The position numbers and the translations under genes are program-made. From NCBI RefSeq assembly GCF_963921235.1, contig NC_086097.1:180174001-180238000 (forward strand): a stretch of 64,000 nucleotides of DNA. The letters run 5' to 3'. This DNA comes from Mobula hypostoma (lineage: Eukaryota). Below are positions 13,215-24,349 of the stretch, piece by piece. Position 1 is the first letter of the stretch, and each line of letters begins with the position of its first letter. Under the pieces are notes generated by a model. It saw nothing but the letters and a program-made list of their open reading frames with translations, searched no databases and was not told where the DNA came from.

Positions 13215-14755
13215 GTAACAAATTCATATTTCCAAACCATTCTTGCCAATCTTAGAACCAAATTAGCGCAATAGATTCAAAGAGTAGTGCAAGGTTTCAA
13301 CCCTGAGTGTCAACTGAGTTCCTCCAGCAGTTTGTTTTTGCAATGAATCTGGTCACTTTACATATTGAATTAGGAAGGTAGCTGAGCCCAACATGCTCAC
13401 CTAGAGTATAATTTGAAGTGGTAGAGCTATGGGATCTCATGGTTGTAACGGTACACAGATTACTTTCTGATAGCAATTTGAGCACAAGCTGAACAGAGTC
13501 AATGAAAATCAAAACGCTTTAAACTCTGGAAGTACTCACTGGATCAGATGGTATTTGTGGAGAGTGGTCATGGTTAATGGATAGCTGCTAACCCAGTGTA
13601 CAGATTTTTCCAATAAATGAAGTAGAATGAAGTAGCAAGAGGCTTGTACGAGGGATCAGTGCTCACTAGACAAGTTAGACCCACACACTGCCCCGCTACT
13701 GCTTGGTGCAATCAAATGGCTTCATTCCAGTACATCTACCTTATGATTAGTTTCACTGAAGTGATACAAAGGGCTCTATTTTCTTAATTTCAGGAAGTAT
13801 TCATACAGAGAATGGAACAGTACAGCAGAGGAAGGGGTCCTTAGCCCACCATGTCTAACTTAATTCTTCCAAATTAAACTATTCTTGCCTGCATATAATC
13901 CATTCCCTATCTGTTTAAATGGCTTAAATGCTCTTGCACCCATCTAATCTTCTCCTTTCACATTCCTATCCACCTGCTGTCCAACTATACTATCCATGAT
14001 TTGGTGTCCAATTCACCATGAGCCCCACGCACTTGGCTATACTGAGGGAGTCAGATACCTAGAGAGAAGTGGAAACCATGTGGTTGGTTTCTGGAGACTG
14101 TACACGCACCATGACCAGGATTAGGATCCGATCTGGTGTTTGGAGTCCTTAGAGTTTTGTCTCTTAAGCTTGCATGTAGCCTGAAATGGCAGCATACAGT
14201 TTGAATTGCAAGTTTAAAAATCAAACATTGATCCTGCTGCAGTAAAAACAAGGCTGGAAACATTCTGCAGGTTCAGCAGTGTCTGGGAAGAGTTGATGTT
14301 TTGGGTCAAAACCTCCAACTGGGAGGGAAACTGACGAAACTTAAGTTGCAGGGAGGGAGGGGTGTCTCTGGGGTAAAACTACATGGATGAGCTGCATCAA
14401 AAGATTCTGATCAGTGAATGGAGCAGTTGTTTGTTATTTATACAGCATGGAACAGGCCCTTCCTACTTAATGAGCCACACCCTAGCCTAATTGCAGAACA
14501 ATTTACAATGACCAATTAACTTGCCCATAGTCTTTGAAATGGAGCACACAAAGGAAACCCATGCATATCACTTGAAACTCCTTACAGATGGCGTAGGAAT
14601 TGAACTACGAACTCAGACATCCCAAGATGTAAGAGTGTTGCACCAACTGCTGTGCTACCGTGTAGTCATGTTAGTGAGATCATGAACAAAATGTAGGAGA
14701 ACTTTAAAACTGCAGCAAATGTTTTCAGTAATCATATTTCTGATTGTTTTTGCAG

Positions 14756-14987
14756 TGTGTTCTATGTATTTTATGAACAGTATTTCACAATTGTGCACGA
14801 CACAATTTTCAATCTCTGCGTGTCGCTGGCGGCAGTTTTTGTCGTGACTACGATCCTGCTGGGCTACGAGGTGTGGTCAGCAATGATGGTATGCATCACC
14901 ATATCCATGATCATCACTAACATGTTTGGAGTTATGTGGCTCTGGAACATCAGCCTGAACGCAGTCTCACTTGTAAACTTGGTAATG
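14756..14987 (+). CDS. NPC1: NPC1 exon ~22
   Basis: cag|[13 protein letters not shown]...[17 protein letters not shown]|gtaagt. Confidence 0.95.
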
Positions 14988-15397
14988 GTAAGTGGACTCC
15001 TGATGTTGAATCAATATGGGCAGAAGTCTGCATGGACGTGGTTGGCTGAAGGGTCTGTCTGCTGTGTGGTACGCCTCTGGTGTGTAGCCACAATGTTGCA
15101 CCACAACATAGATATGCAAACAGATCAAATTTACTGATCCCTTCCACATTTCATGCATAATCAAATGAAACACTGTCCATTTGTTGCCCTTTGAACCAGT
15201 TACTGTGCTTGGTTCCTTCACCTCATTCCCCACAACTATAGTCTTGGGTAGAAACTTCCAGTTAATGTATTTGTCTCTGGCCTTAAGTCCTAGTCTTTTC
15301 ACTGTTGTGGTCAGTAATGTTGCAGATCAGTACACAGCTGGATGTTTTAAAAGGGCAGAAATATTTCTCAAACTGATTGCCTTTGTTCCTTTCCTAG

Positions 15398-15511
15398 TGT
15401 TGTGGTATTTCAGTTGAGTTCTGCAGCCATATAGTTCGTGCCTTTTCTATCAGTATAAAGAAAACCAGAGCGGACCGTGCAGAGGAAGCCCTGGCAAATA
15501 TGGGCAGCTCA
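15398..15511 (+). CDS. NPC1: NPC1 exon ~23
   Basis: tag|[38 protein letters not shown]|gtaagt. Confidence 0.95.
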
Positions 15512-15579
15512 GTAAGTAACCAAAGCATCAAATATCTTGCATATTGGTTAAAAAAATCAAATTCTTTGAAGCTTGTATT

Positions 15580-15815
15580 AAGGCAGCGCAGTAGCATACC
15601 GGTTAGTGCGACACTATTACAGCTTGTGGCGTTGGAGTTTGCAGTTCAATCTGGTGTCCTCTTCCTGCCAATAGAATGCATGGATTTTTCCCCACAGTCC
15701 AAAGACCTACTGGGTAGGTAAATTAGTCATTGTAAATTAATCACACGATTAAGTTGGGGGTTACTGGGTGGCATGGCTCAAAGCGCTAAAAGGGTCTATT
15801 CCATGCTGTCTCAAA
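15580..15815 (+). mobile_element. tRNA-derived SINE (HE1/V-SINE-like)
   Basis: tRNA-like head and ccacagtccaaagac...gtcattgtaaatt body; relatives near 7320, 12590, 14450, 16300, 47910, 50620. Confidence 0.6.
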
Positions 15816-15941
15816 ACAAAAATTAAAATTTAATTGAGCTAAAAAAAATTAAGATATAATAAAAATTGGAGAATTATTTCAAAAATGCATCTTTTGGAGG
15901 TTGCATCTTACATGGAATTTATTACTGTTTCCTCCACCTAG

Positions 15942-16232
<291 letters not shown>

Positions 16233-16672
16233 TGAACTGTAATTCAAAGCAGCTGGATATCACTTGCCCAGTGGATTAACTGGAACTGTTGTGGATGGCA
16301 CAACTGAGAGCTGTGGCCACAACTCTGCTGACCCAAATTCAGCCCTGACCTCCAGTGATGTCTGTGTAAAGTCTACATCTTCTATGACCCTGTGTTTATC
16401 TCCATATCCTTGGACTTGGCTAATTGGCTGCTGTAAATTCCCCCTACTGCAGATGAGGGGCAAAATCTAGAAAGCTGTTAGGAATAAGGGAAAAAATTAT
16501 TGGTGTAAATGAGTGCTTGGTGAAGATTCAAGTGACCACACTGACACCAGCTATGAACTTCTCAACCTTTGGATAAATTCACATATGTGGATAACTTCAG
16601 ACTTGCTTTGTAAATGATTGCAGTATGTAATCAGGAGAATGTTTAGTAATTTCTTCTTGTGGTTTTGTTTAG

Positions 16673-16752
16673 GACCACCTATGAACAAAGGAAAAGTTTC
16701 AGTTCTACACAATCACTACAAGGGTACAGAACGGGAAAGATTGTTGAAATAA
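16673..16752 (+). CDS. NPC1: NPC1 last coding exon (~25) with dileucine sorting motif
   Basis: tag|(G)PPMNKGKVSVLHNHYKGTERERLLK-TAA. Confidence 0.92.
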
Positions 16753-17033
16753 CCTCTGAGCATCAGCAGCTTTTGAATAAGGACCTCAAATCCTGATGGA
16801 TTCTGAACTTTGCAGTTTAATGCAGAATATCTTGGTCTTCTGAACTCAGGAAATTGTTTAGTTTGTCACTGCACAGACAACTATTTATTAATTCACGTTC
16901 CCATATTTCCAGTTTTGCTGGCTGGTCATTATAATACAAGCTCTTCCAGTTGACAACTTTAAGTGAATGACACTGGAGAGTGGTACTAATGAATTTTAAT
17001 ATATGCCAAATTGTATAGCTAATTTTTATGATC

Positions 17034-17039
17034 TTTATT
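17034..17039 (-). terminator. Probable RMC1 poly(A) signal AATAAA (alternative at 16884-16889)
   Basis: TTTATT on +, about 44 nt past the RMC1 stop; minus-strand TGTA at 17063-17066. Confidence 0.6.
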
Positions 17040-17040
17040 T

Positions 17041-17046
17041 AATAAA
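17041..17046 (+). terminator. Probable NPC1 poly(A) signal AATAAA
   Basis: First + strand AATAAA after the NPC1 stop; TGTA at 17012-17015. Confidence 0.7.
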
Positions 17047-17082
17047 GTTAAACATTCAATGGTACACAGCCTAGTCCCAAGC

Positions 17083-17162
17083 TCACACAGTCAAGCTTGT
17101 CAGAAGTGCTTGTTCTCCAAAAAGACTTTTGAAGTGGGCAATGTGTTCTTCACAATGTTCGC
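17083..17162 (-). CDS. RMC1: RMC1 (C18orf8) last coding exon (~20)
   Basis: cag|(G)EHCEEHIAHFKSLFGEQALLTSLTV-TGA; resembles RMC1 C-terminus; NPC1-RMC1 adjacency is known synteny. Confidence 0.92.
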
Positions 17163-17639
17163 CTGAAACAAAGGAAATCAGTGCTACTAATTGTCCTCCC
17201 ATTTGTAAAAGACTGACAGACAGTATTAAAATCACTTTAATGGGGTTGGGGGATAAAGAGAATAAACTGATTACAGCCACTGCTGCCCATTTCCCCCCAT
17301 GCAAACATGAGGAACGTGTCTGGGTCTACTGCAGCCTTTCAACTTGGAAATCTACAACTTCAGGAGAGTTGATTTGTCTGCATCAGTTATCCATCTGTGC
17401 TATTGGCTGGTTTGTCTTCCTCTGGAAGTGGAAGACATCCCAGCCTGACCTGAGTACACCTTCCACTTCTGAATTATACAATTCCTGTATGTTGTCTAAA
17501 GAATCACAAGCCAGAATGCTGGAATTGTTTAATAAACAATTGCTGGGGGGACTTGGCATGTTTGAGCAACTTGTTGTTTGTTTTTTTTTGGAGGGAGGAA
17601 AGAGTAGACCTGTAACTATTTTGGCTTGAAACCCTGCTT

Positions 17640-18540
17640 CAGGATTTTGTTTCCCATGGCTATAAGATTCCCACTGCAATCTTGACCATACCTGTGACCA
17701 CCATCTACTGTAAAAATGCCATTCCTTTACTTTGTCTCTATCACATCTGTTTCCAAAACATCCAATATCCTCCAAATGCACCCACATGTTCTCCATTTCC
17801 TGGATATCTGCACTCCTCCCATCTTCCCACTGCCTTAACAGGGTTAGAGTTCCTCTTGTCCTCACCAAGAGCCTCTGCATCCAACACATCATTGTCCACA
17901 ACTTCCACCTTCATCAGGACCCTACCATCAAACACTTGCCTCTCCGGGAGGGATTTCTGCAGGTTTGCTCCTTCTGATTCCCTTGCCCATTCATCCCTTC
18001 TCACTAATCTCCTTCCTGGCACTTATCCCTGTAAGTGACAGAAGTGCTACACCTCTCCATTCAAGCCCCAAACAGTCCTTCCAAGTAAGATAAACCTTCA
18101 CTTGTGAATCTGTTTGAGTTGTCTATTTCACACAGTGTTCCCAATGCGACCTCCTCTACATTGGTCAGACCTGACATAGATTGGGGGAACCACTTTGAAC
18201 ACCTCAGCTCCATCCACAAAGTGAAATTTCCCAGTGGCCTACCATTTCAATTCCTACCCTGCCATTCCTGTTCTGAGATGTAGGTCCATACCCTCCTCTC
18301 CTGCTGTGAAGATTGGAGAAGCAACACCTCATTTGGTTTGGGTAGCCTGCAACCTGATGGCACAAACATGGGTTTCTCCATATTCTGGTAACTGTTTTCC
18401 CCACCCCCTTCCCTCCTCATCTGCTTATCACCTCTCTCAGTGCCCCTTCTCCTTCCATGATCCACTCTGCTCATCCATCAGATTCCACCCCCCCCCCCCT
18501 TGCCTTTTCCAGTTAACCAGCTTTCTTCATCCCTCTCTTT
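17640..18540 (+). mobile_element. Penelope-like element remnant (linker plus GIY-YIG endonuclease), pseudogenised
   Basis: RVPLVLT..IQHII; PGTYPCK*QKCYT; FTCES..VVYFTQCSQCDLLYIGQT; PVA.HFNS. Confidence 0.8.
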
Positions 18541-18959
18541 TTGGGGCATTAAATAATATAAGTTTTAAGAAATCATCAGTCATGAATGGTGGAAGAACTA
18601 GAATGGGACAAGTACCTTTTATGTTCTAGATATGCCCACAGTATGCTCTAATTCCATAGGTCAATAGCACAGCTCAGCTTGGAGGCCCTTTGGCCTTATT
18701 TAGCATTCCTCTGTACTATACAATACAGCCACCCACTGGAGAAAATCCCAATTAATTGAAAATAACTGCTGTAAGTTTAAAACAAAGTGCTGGAACTACT
18801 CAACTGATCAGGCTTCAGCTGTGGCGAGAGAAACTGTTAGTATTTCAGGCCATCAGAACCTGACCACCTGGGTATTTCCAGCACTTGGTTAGAGATTAAA
18901 GTCCCCTTCTTTTAGTATGACCACACCACCACCTGGAAGCACGTACAGCTGGTGCTCAC

Positions 18960-19185
18960 CTGGGGTAAAGTGTGAACTTCCACGTAACCTTTGATTCCTC
19001 TGCTCGAAGAACCTGAAGGTGGTGTAGAACACCAGTTCATCTCCGGTCTGCTTGGCTGCATCCAGGAACTTGCGTGCTGAGATGTTGTCATGGCTGCCAA
19101 CGCTGCGAATAAATCTGAGCGCCCCCAGAACTTGATGTTTGGAGAGCAACACTTCCACGATCTCATCGTTGGCTGTGGAGAGCCG
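18960..19185 (-). CDS. RMC1: RMC1 exon ~19 (Mic1 domain)
   Basis: cag|RLSTANDEIVEVLLSKHQVLGALRFIR...FFEQRNQRLRGSSHFTP|gtgagc. Confidence 0.95.
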
Positions 19186-19549
19186 CTGCAAAAAATGAAA
19201 GCAGAGTCAGTCACACTTCAATGTACTTCCAGCTTGCTGCCTTAACTTCTACATTAAGAGTTATTGCTTTTGAAAATCTATGTGATATCATGAACACCTG
19301 TTTCCAGGTCCTAGAAGATCCTACCACAACTTAATGGCCGACAGCCTATAAACTCGAGAGTCTGAGCTTTACAATACTGAACAAATCAGGGACTGTCAAT
19401 GGTCCTGCCAGTGGTAGTTACTGTTCCTGCCCAGCAGTCAAGCTCTGTATCGGGGGAATATCACACTAGTGATTGGTTTCATTATGGATTTAAATTCCAC
19501 AGAGGTGAATTCAGTCTCAAGAAGTGCTGCTTTGTCAATGTTCATTGGT

Positions 19550-19980
19550 GTAAAGGTCTGCTCAGGAACAGCCCCTTCAGCCCATGATGTGTTAAACTAA
19601 CTAAACCAGGACTACCTGGCTACACAATGTTCCTATCCTTCCATTCACTGCAGGTTCACGTGCCCATCTTACAGCCTCTTAAATTTGATAGTAACCCCAC
19701 TCTGCATTTAATGCACACTGTTTGACAATTTCCACCCTGGGGAATAAATACTGTCCATCTATCTATGCCTCTTAATTTCATAAACTTCTTTCAGGTCTTT
19801 CCTCTTCCTCCTTTGCTTTGGGGAAAACAGACCCAGCCTCTCCATTCTCTCCTTATAACAAGTCCTCCAGAACTGGTAAAATCCTTGTGCATCATTTCTG
19901 CACCTTCTCTTCGATTGATGACATTCTTTTCTATAGCACGGTGACCAGAACAGTACACACACTGAAGATTTATGTTGCTC
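19550..19980 (-). mobile_element. CR1 LINE 3' fragment
   Basis: FWSPCYRKE...RMERLGLFS...DLKEVYEI. Confidence 0.7.
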
Positions 19981-20017
19981 ATCAAGGGTTTAGAAACCTC
20001 CGAAACAACTTGCCTAC

Positions 20018-20086
20018 CTTCAGCATATCCAGGGACAACTGATGTGCAGGGGTGTAAGTGCTCTCCAAAGACAGGAGTAGACAGGC
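20018..20086 (-). CDS. RMC1: RMC1 exon ~18
   Basis: cag|ACLLLSLESTYTPAHQLSLDMLK|gtaggc. Confidence 0.93.
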
Positions 20087-21334
20087 CTGAAAAACAAAGT
20101 ATTTTTTGTCATGTACTGTACCAGTACAGAGGAGGTTTACCAGGATGCTGCCTGGATTACAGAACATATGAGGATAGGGCTTTTCTCTTTCAAGTGAAGA
20201 AGGATGAACAGTGACTTGATAGGTGTATATAAGCTGTAGCTAGTGGACAACCAGTGTGTTTTTTTTGCTGGGTAACAACAACTAATATGAGAGGGCATAA
20301 TTTTAAGGTGATTGAAGGAAAGTACAGGCAGGATATTGAGGTCTTTTTAAAAAAAAAAGTGGCGGGTGTGTGGAACATGCTGCCAGTATTAGTCATTGAG
20401 GCAAATACATTAGGGGCATTTAACAGTCTCTTAGATGGCCATCCATGTGTTTATGTGGGAGGGAAAGGTTAGATTGATCTTGGAGTAGCTTAAAAGGTCG
20501 ATACAACATTGTGGGCTGTGGGGTCTGTACTGTTCTATGCACTACCACAAAACAGCAAATTTCACAACATGCATCAGTCAGAATCACGTTTATTATCACT
20601 AAGGCTACATACAGCAGGGACAGGACATTTGCAATAAATGGCGGGGTGCTAAAAAATATTGGATACCCAAGTCCCTCTGTTTAAGCTGTTAGATCCATGA
20701 TAATGTCAACTCAGTGGCAACACTAATAGAGTGATGAAGGTATGTGGCATGTTTACCCTCAGAGCTGAAGGCATAGAATAGAAAAGTTGGAACATAATGC
20801 TGAAACTTTACAAGCCATGTGTTAGATCACATGGACTAAATAGCGCATTGATTAGAGGACTTTAGTTATGAGGAGAGATTGGATAGGCTGGGCTTGTTAT
20901 CCCTGGAGCAAAGGAGGCTGGGATGTGACCCAGTGGGAAGTATGTGTGGGTGATGGGCAGATGACTGTGTGTGTGTGGGTGGGAGGGGGGAGACAACTTG
21001 GTATATCAGGGTGAAAGAGCAAGGGCCAGTGAGGTATTCAGGGGCACATGAGCTAAGTAAAATCAGAACTTGGTCAACAGAGAATTATGTAGTCTTTATC
21101 TTGCTATAGTACTGTTTGTGGGTGCCTGGACACAATCAGGTTGAGGATTTCAATGTTACAACAGTATTGAAAAAGCTCCAGTGCAAACAGATGCAAAACT
21201 ACCACCACTTTTACTTCAATCTTTGTGAAACATGGTGCAGTCAAAACTCGACCTTACAACATACAAAAACAGAAAATTATTGTAATTTAATCAATTGATG
21301 ATTCATCTTCAGTTGGATGAACTGGATAACTCAC

Positions 21335-21439
21335 CAGAGGCTTAGAATCACTGAGCACATGATACTGTAGAAACTGATGCAGCATGTAGAACAGGCTGTG
21401 CTGGACAAGGGTTTTTATCACTAATTCATACAGGTAATG
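21335..21439 (-). CDS. RMC1: RMC1 exon ~17
   Basis: cag|HYLYELVIKTLVQHSLFYMLHQFLQYHVLSDSKPL|gtgagt. Confidence 0.94.
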
Positions 21440-21523
21440 CTGCAATTAAATAGAAAGTTTTAAAGTAAGCAAAGCACCCAAGTGCAAAATCATCAAGAGT
21501 TTTTCCACTAAAGGAACAGTTAC

Positions 21524-21601
21524 CTGGACTGTGATCTGGTATTGATTGAGAGACCGGATGTATTCCATCAAAACTGCACTAATAAACTTGTGGGGAAGGT
21601 C
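21524..21601 (-). CDS. RMC1: RMC1 exon ~16
   Basis: tagcag|DLPHKFISAVLMEYIRSLNQYQITVQ|gtaact. Confidence 0.92.
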
Positions 21602-21924
21602 CTGCTAAAATTCACAAGGTTAAGCAGTGTCAGAACACAAGTAATGCAATGAAACCATTAGGTGCAACACCGTGGATCTTTGCTAACATGATGAATCTGA
21701 CCAGCAGCAACTCCAGGATTACAATCTGATAAAAACTGAAGCTGAGTTATAAAAGGTGGATTGGCCCAGATTTTATGATACTGAGCAAGATTATTGAAGC
21801 TTTATAAGGCATTAGTCAGACTTCATGGAGTACTGTGAGCAGTTTTGAACATTAGAAAGTTTTTGACAAGAGAGCTTGTCAAATTCCTATTCACATAGTG
21901 TGTTGAAAATATAGAGTATAGATC

Positions 21925-22230
21925 TGTGGCATGTGACCAAGTGGTTAAGGCATCGGTGTAGTGATTTGAAGGTCGCTAGTTCGCACCTCAGCTGAAGCAG
22001 TCTGTTGTGTCCTTGAGCAAGGCACTTAACCACACATTGCTCTGTGACGACACCAGTGCCAAGCTGTATCGGCCCTACTGCCCTTCCCTTGGACAATATC
22101 GGTGGCGTGGAGAGGGGAGACTTGCAGCATGGGCAACTATTCGTCTTCCATACAACCTTGCCCAGGCCTGCGCCCTGGAAACCTTCCAAGGCGCAAATCC
22201 ATGGTCTCACGAGACTAACGGATGCCTATA
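21925..22230 (+). mobile_element. tRNA-derived SINE with CORE-like segment
   Basis: A-box-like tgaccaagtgg; B-box-like gttcgcacc; tgtccttgagcaaggcacttaacc; CpGs retained. Confidence 0.75.
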
Positions 22231-22269
22231 TTAGATTTGAAAGTCTCTCAGGTACTACTCTCAACTATA

Positions 22270-23110
22270 CAACTCGGTAGTTTCTTTTCATGTGTCCACA
22301 ACTTGCTGTATAAAGAAATGCTTCCTGATGTTGGTTTAAAATCTCTCTTTAACCAGTGACCACCCAAGGCCCCATGTCCTTGTTGATGGATTAATTTTGA
22401 AGTAGCAGCTGGCATCTTTCAATCTTTCTTCATAGTTCAAACTCTACAGACCCGTAGACCTTTCTCTGAACTTTCTCCAGTGCCTTCACATCCCTCGCAG
22501 AATATGGAGATCAAAACTGCAGACTGTACTCAAGCTGTGGCCTCACAAGCACATTATACAGCTCGAGAAGAACATCTCGAGACTTGAACTCCACTGAGCA
22601 TTACATAGCCCAACATTCTATTGGCCTTCCCAATCGCTTCTGTGCATTGTCTAGGTGTTTGTTGATAGTGATGAGTCTACCCGGACATACAGTGCACTTT
22701 CTAACTCGAGGCCCCACTGTATATTTATATCTAATATTTCTACTTCCTATATGTAATATTTTATATTTACTTGAATTAAATTTCATCTATTTATCTGCCC
22801 ACATCTGGATTTTGTTTAGATCTAACTGTACTGATTCTGCTGCCTAAATGTTATCAGCCTCTCCCCCTAATTTTGTGTCATCTGCAAACTTTACTAGTTT
22901 ATTAGTTATGTGCTTATCCAAATCATTAATGTAAATTAGAAACAGTAGGAGCCCCGAAATGGATCCCTACAGAACCCCACTTTAAACATCTTCTCGGTAT
23001 GAAAACAATCCTTTCACCATAACTCGTTTTCTGTTTCTGAGCCAACTCTGCACACCTTACCCTGAATGTCAATTTGATTATTAACCTCCTGGGGGGTACC
23101 TTGTCCATTA
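22270..23110 (-). mobile_element. CR1-clade RT fragment (AT-rich subfamily), abutting a + strand CR1 3' fragment at ~23110-23620
   Basis: DKVP; GAPT; KFADDTKLGG; MKFNSSKYKILHIG. Confidence 0.75.
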
Positions 23111-24349
23111 TCTAAAAAGAGATGTGCTGACATTGGAGAGGGTCCAAAGGAAGCGAGAATTATTCTGTGAGTTGAAGGATTAATGTATAAGGAGCATTTC
23201 ATAGCTCTGGGCCTATACTTGCTGGAGTTTAGTGAGTAACATGGGGAGCTCGCTGAAAGCTCTCGATGTGGAAAGGCCTGGATAGAATGGATGTGGAGAG
23301 GATGCTTCCTATACCGGGGGAATCTTGGACCACAGGTCACAGCCTCAGAATAGGGGCATGTACAGTTAGAACGCAGGAGGGTGAGGAGGAATTTCTTTAG
23401 CCAGAAAGAGGTGATTCTGTGGAATTCACTGTCACAGACAGCCATGGAGGCCAAGTCATTGGGTATATTTAAAGTGGAGGTTGATAGGCTCTGGATTAAT
23501 CAGGGAGACAGCAGAGAAATGGGATAAGAGGACTAATAAATTAGCCATCATGGAATGGTGGTGCAGACTCGACAGACTAACACAGTACTGCTCTTGTGTT
23601 TTATGGTCTTATGGTGTTCGGTAACATTGATTTCCACAGGGAACAAGTTACAGAACAGGTTCTGAAACTGTGGTCTATGATCCCCATGGGGTGTAGAGAG
23701 ATTCAGGGAGGGTTAGTGGGACAGTGAGGGGAATAAAGTGGGACCTGTACGGGATGAACATAGGAATGTCTTATGGCCTTACTATTGCGGTGTAGATGAG
23801 ACAGCAATTTCCAGTATCCACAGACTGCATTTATACACTCAGAAGTAACTTTATTAGGGACACCTGCTCATTAATCCAATTATCTTATTAGCCAACCGTA
23901 TATATGGCAGCAACTCAATGCACAAAAACATCGTCAAGAGGTTCAATTGTTGTTCAGGCCAAACATCAAAATGGGGAAGAAATGTGATCTAAGTGACTTT
24001 GACTGTCAAATGATTGTCGGTATCAGACTGAGTATCACAAAAACTGCTAAACCCCTGGGATTTTCATGCACAAGTCTCTAGAGTTTATAGAGAATGGTGC
24101 AAAAAGCAAAACATTGTTCTGTGGGTGAAAAAGCCTTGTTAATGAGAGGAACCTTGGTGATGGGCTGCTTACAAAACTTGTAAATATGCCTCTTTTGAAT
24201 TACTCTCATTGTAATCTGCAGCCTGTAATTTCCCTTTAAGCAATGTATTTTTAAACTGTATTAATGAACTAGAAATTTTGCAATCTTCTGAAGTACTCAG
24301 CAGATTTAACTTTCAGGCATGCAAGTACAGCCTCTTTAACTCAAAGGTG

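Noticed and set aside
17129..17901. Overlapping 166 and 172 aa ORFs in the last RMC1 intron
   Set aside because: Off-frame reads of an RMC1 exon, intron and Penelope remnant; no coherent protein
21925..22000. Possible tRNA gene
   Set aside because: No clean cloverleaf evident; continues into SINE body
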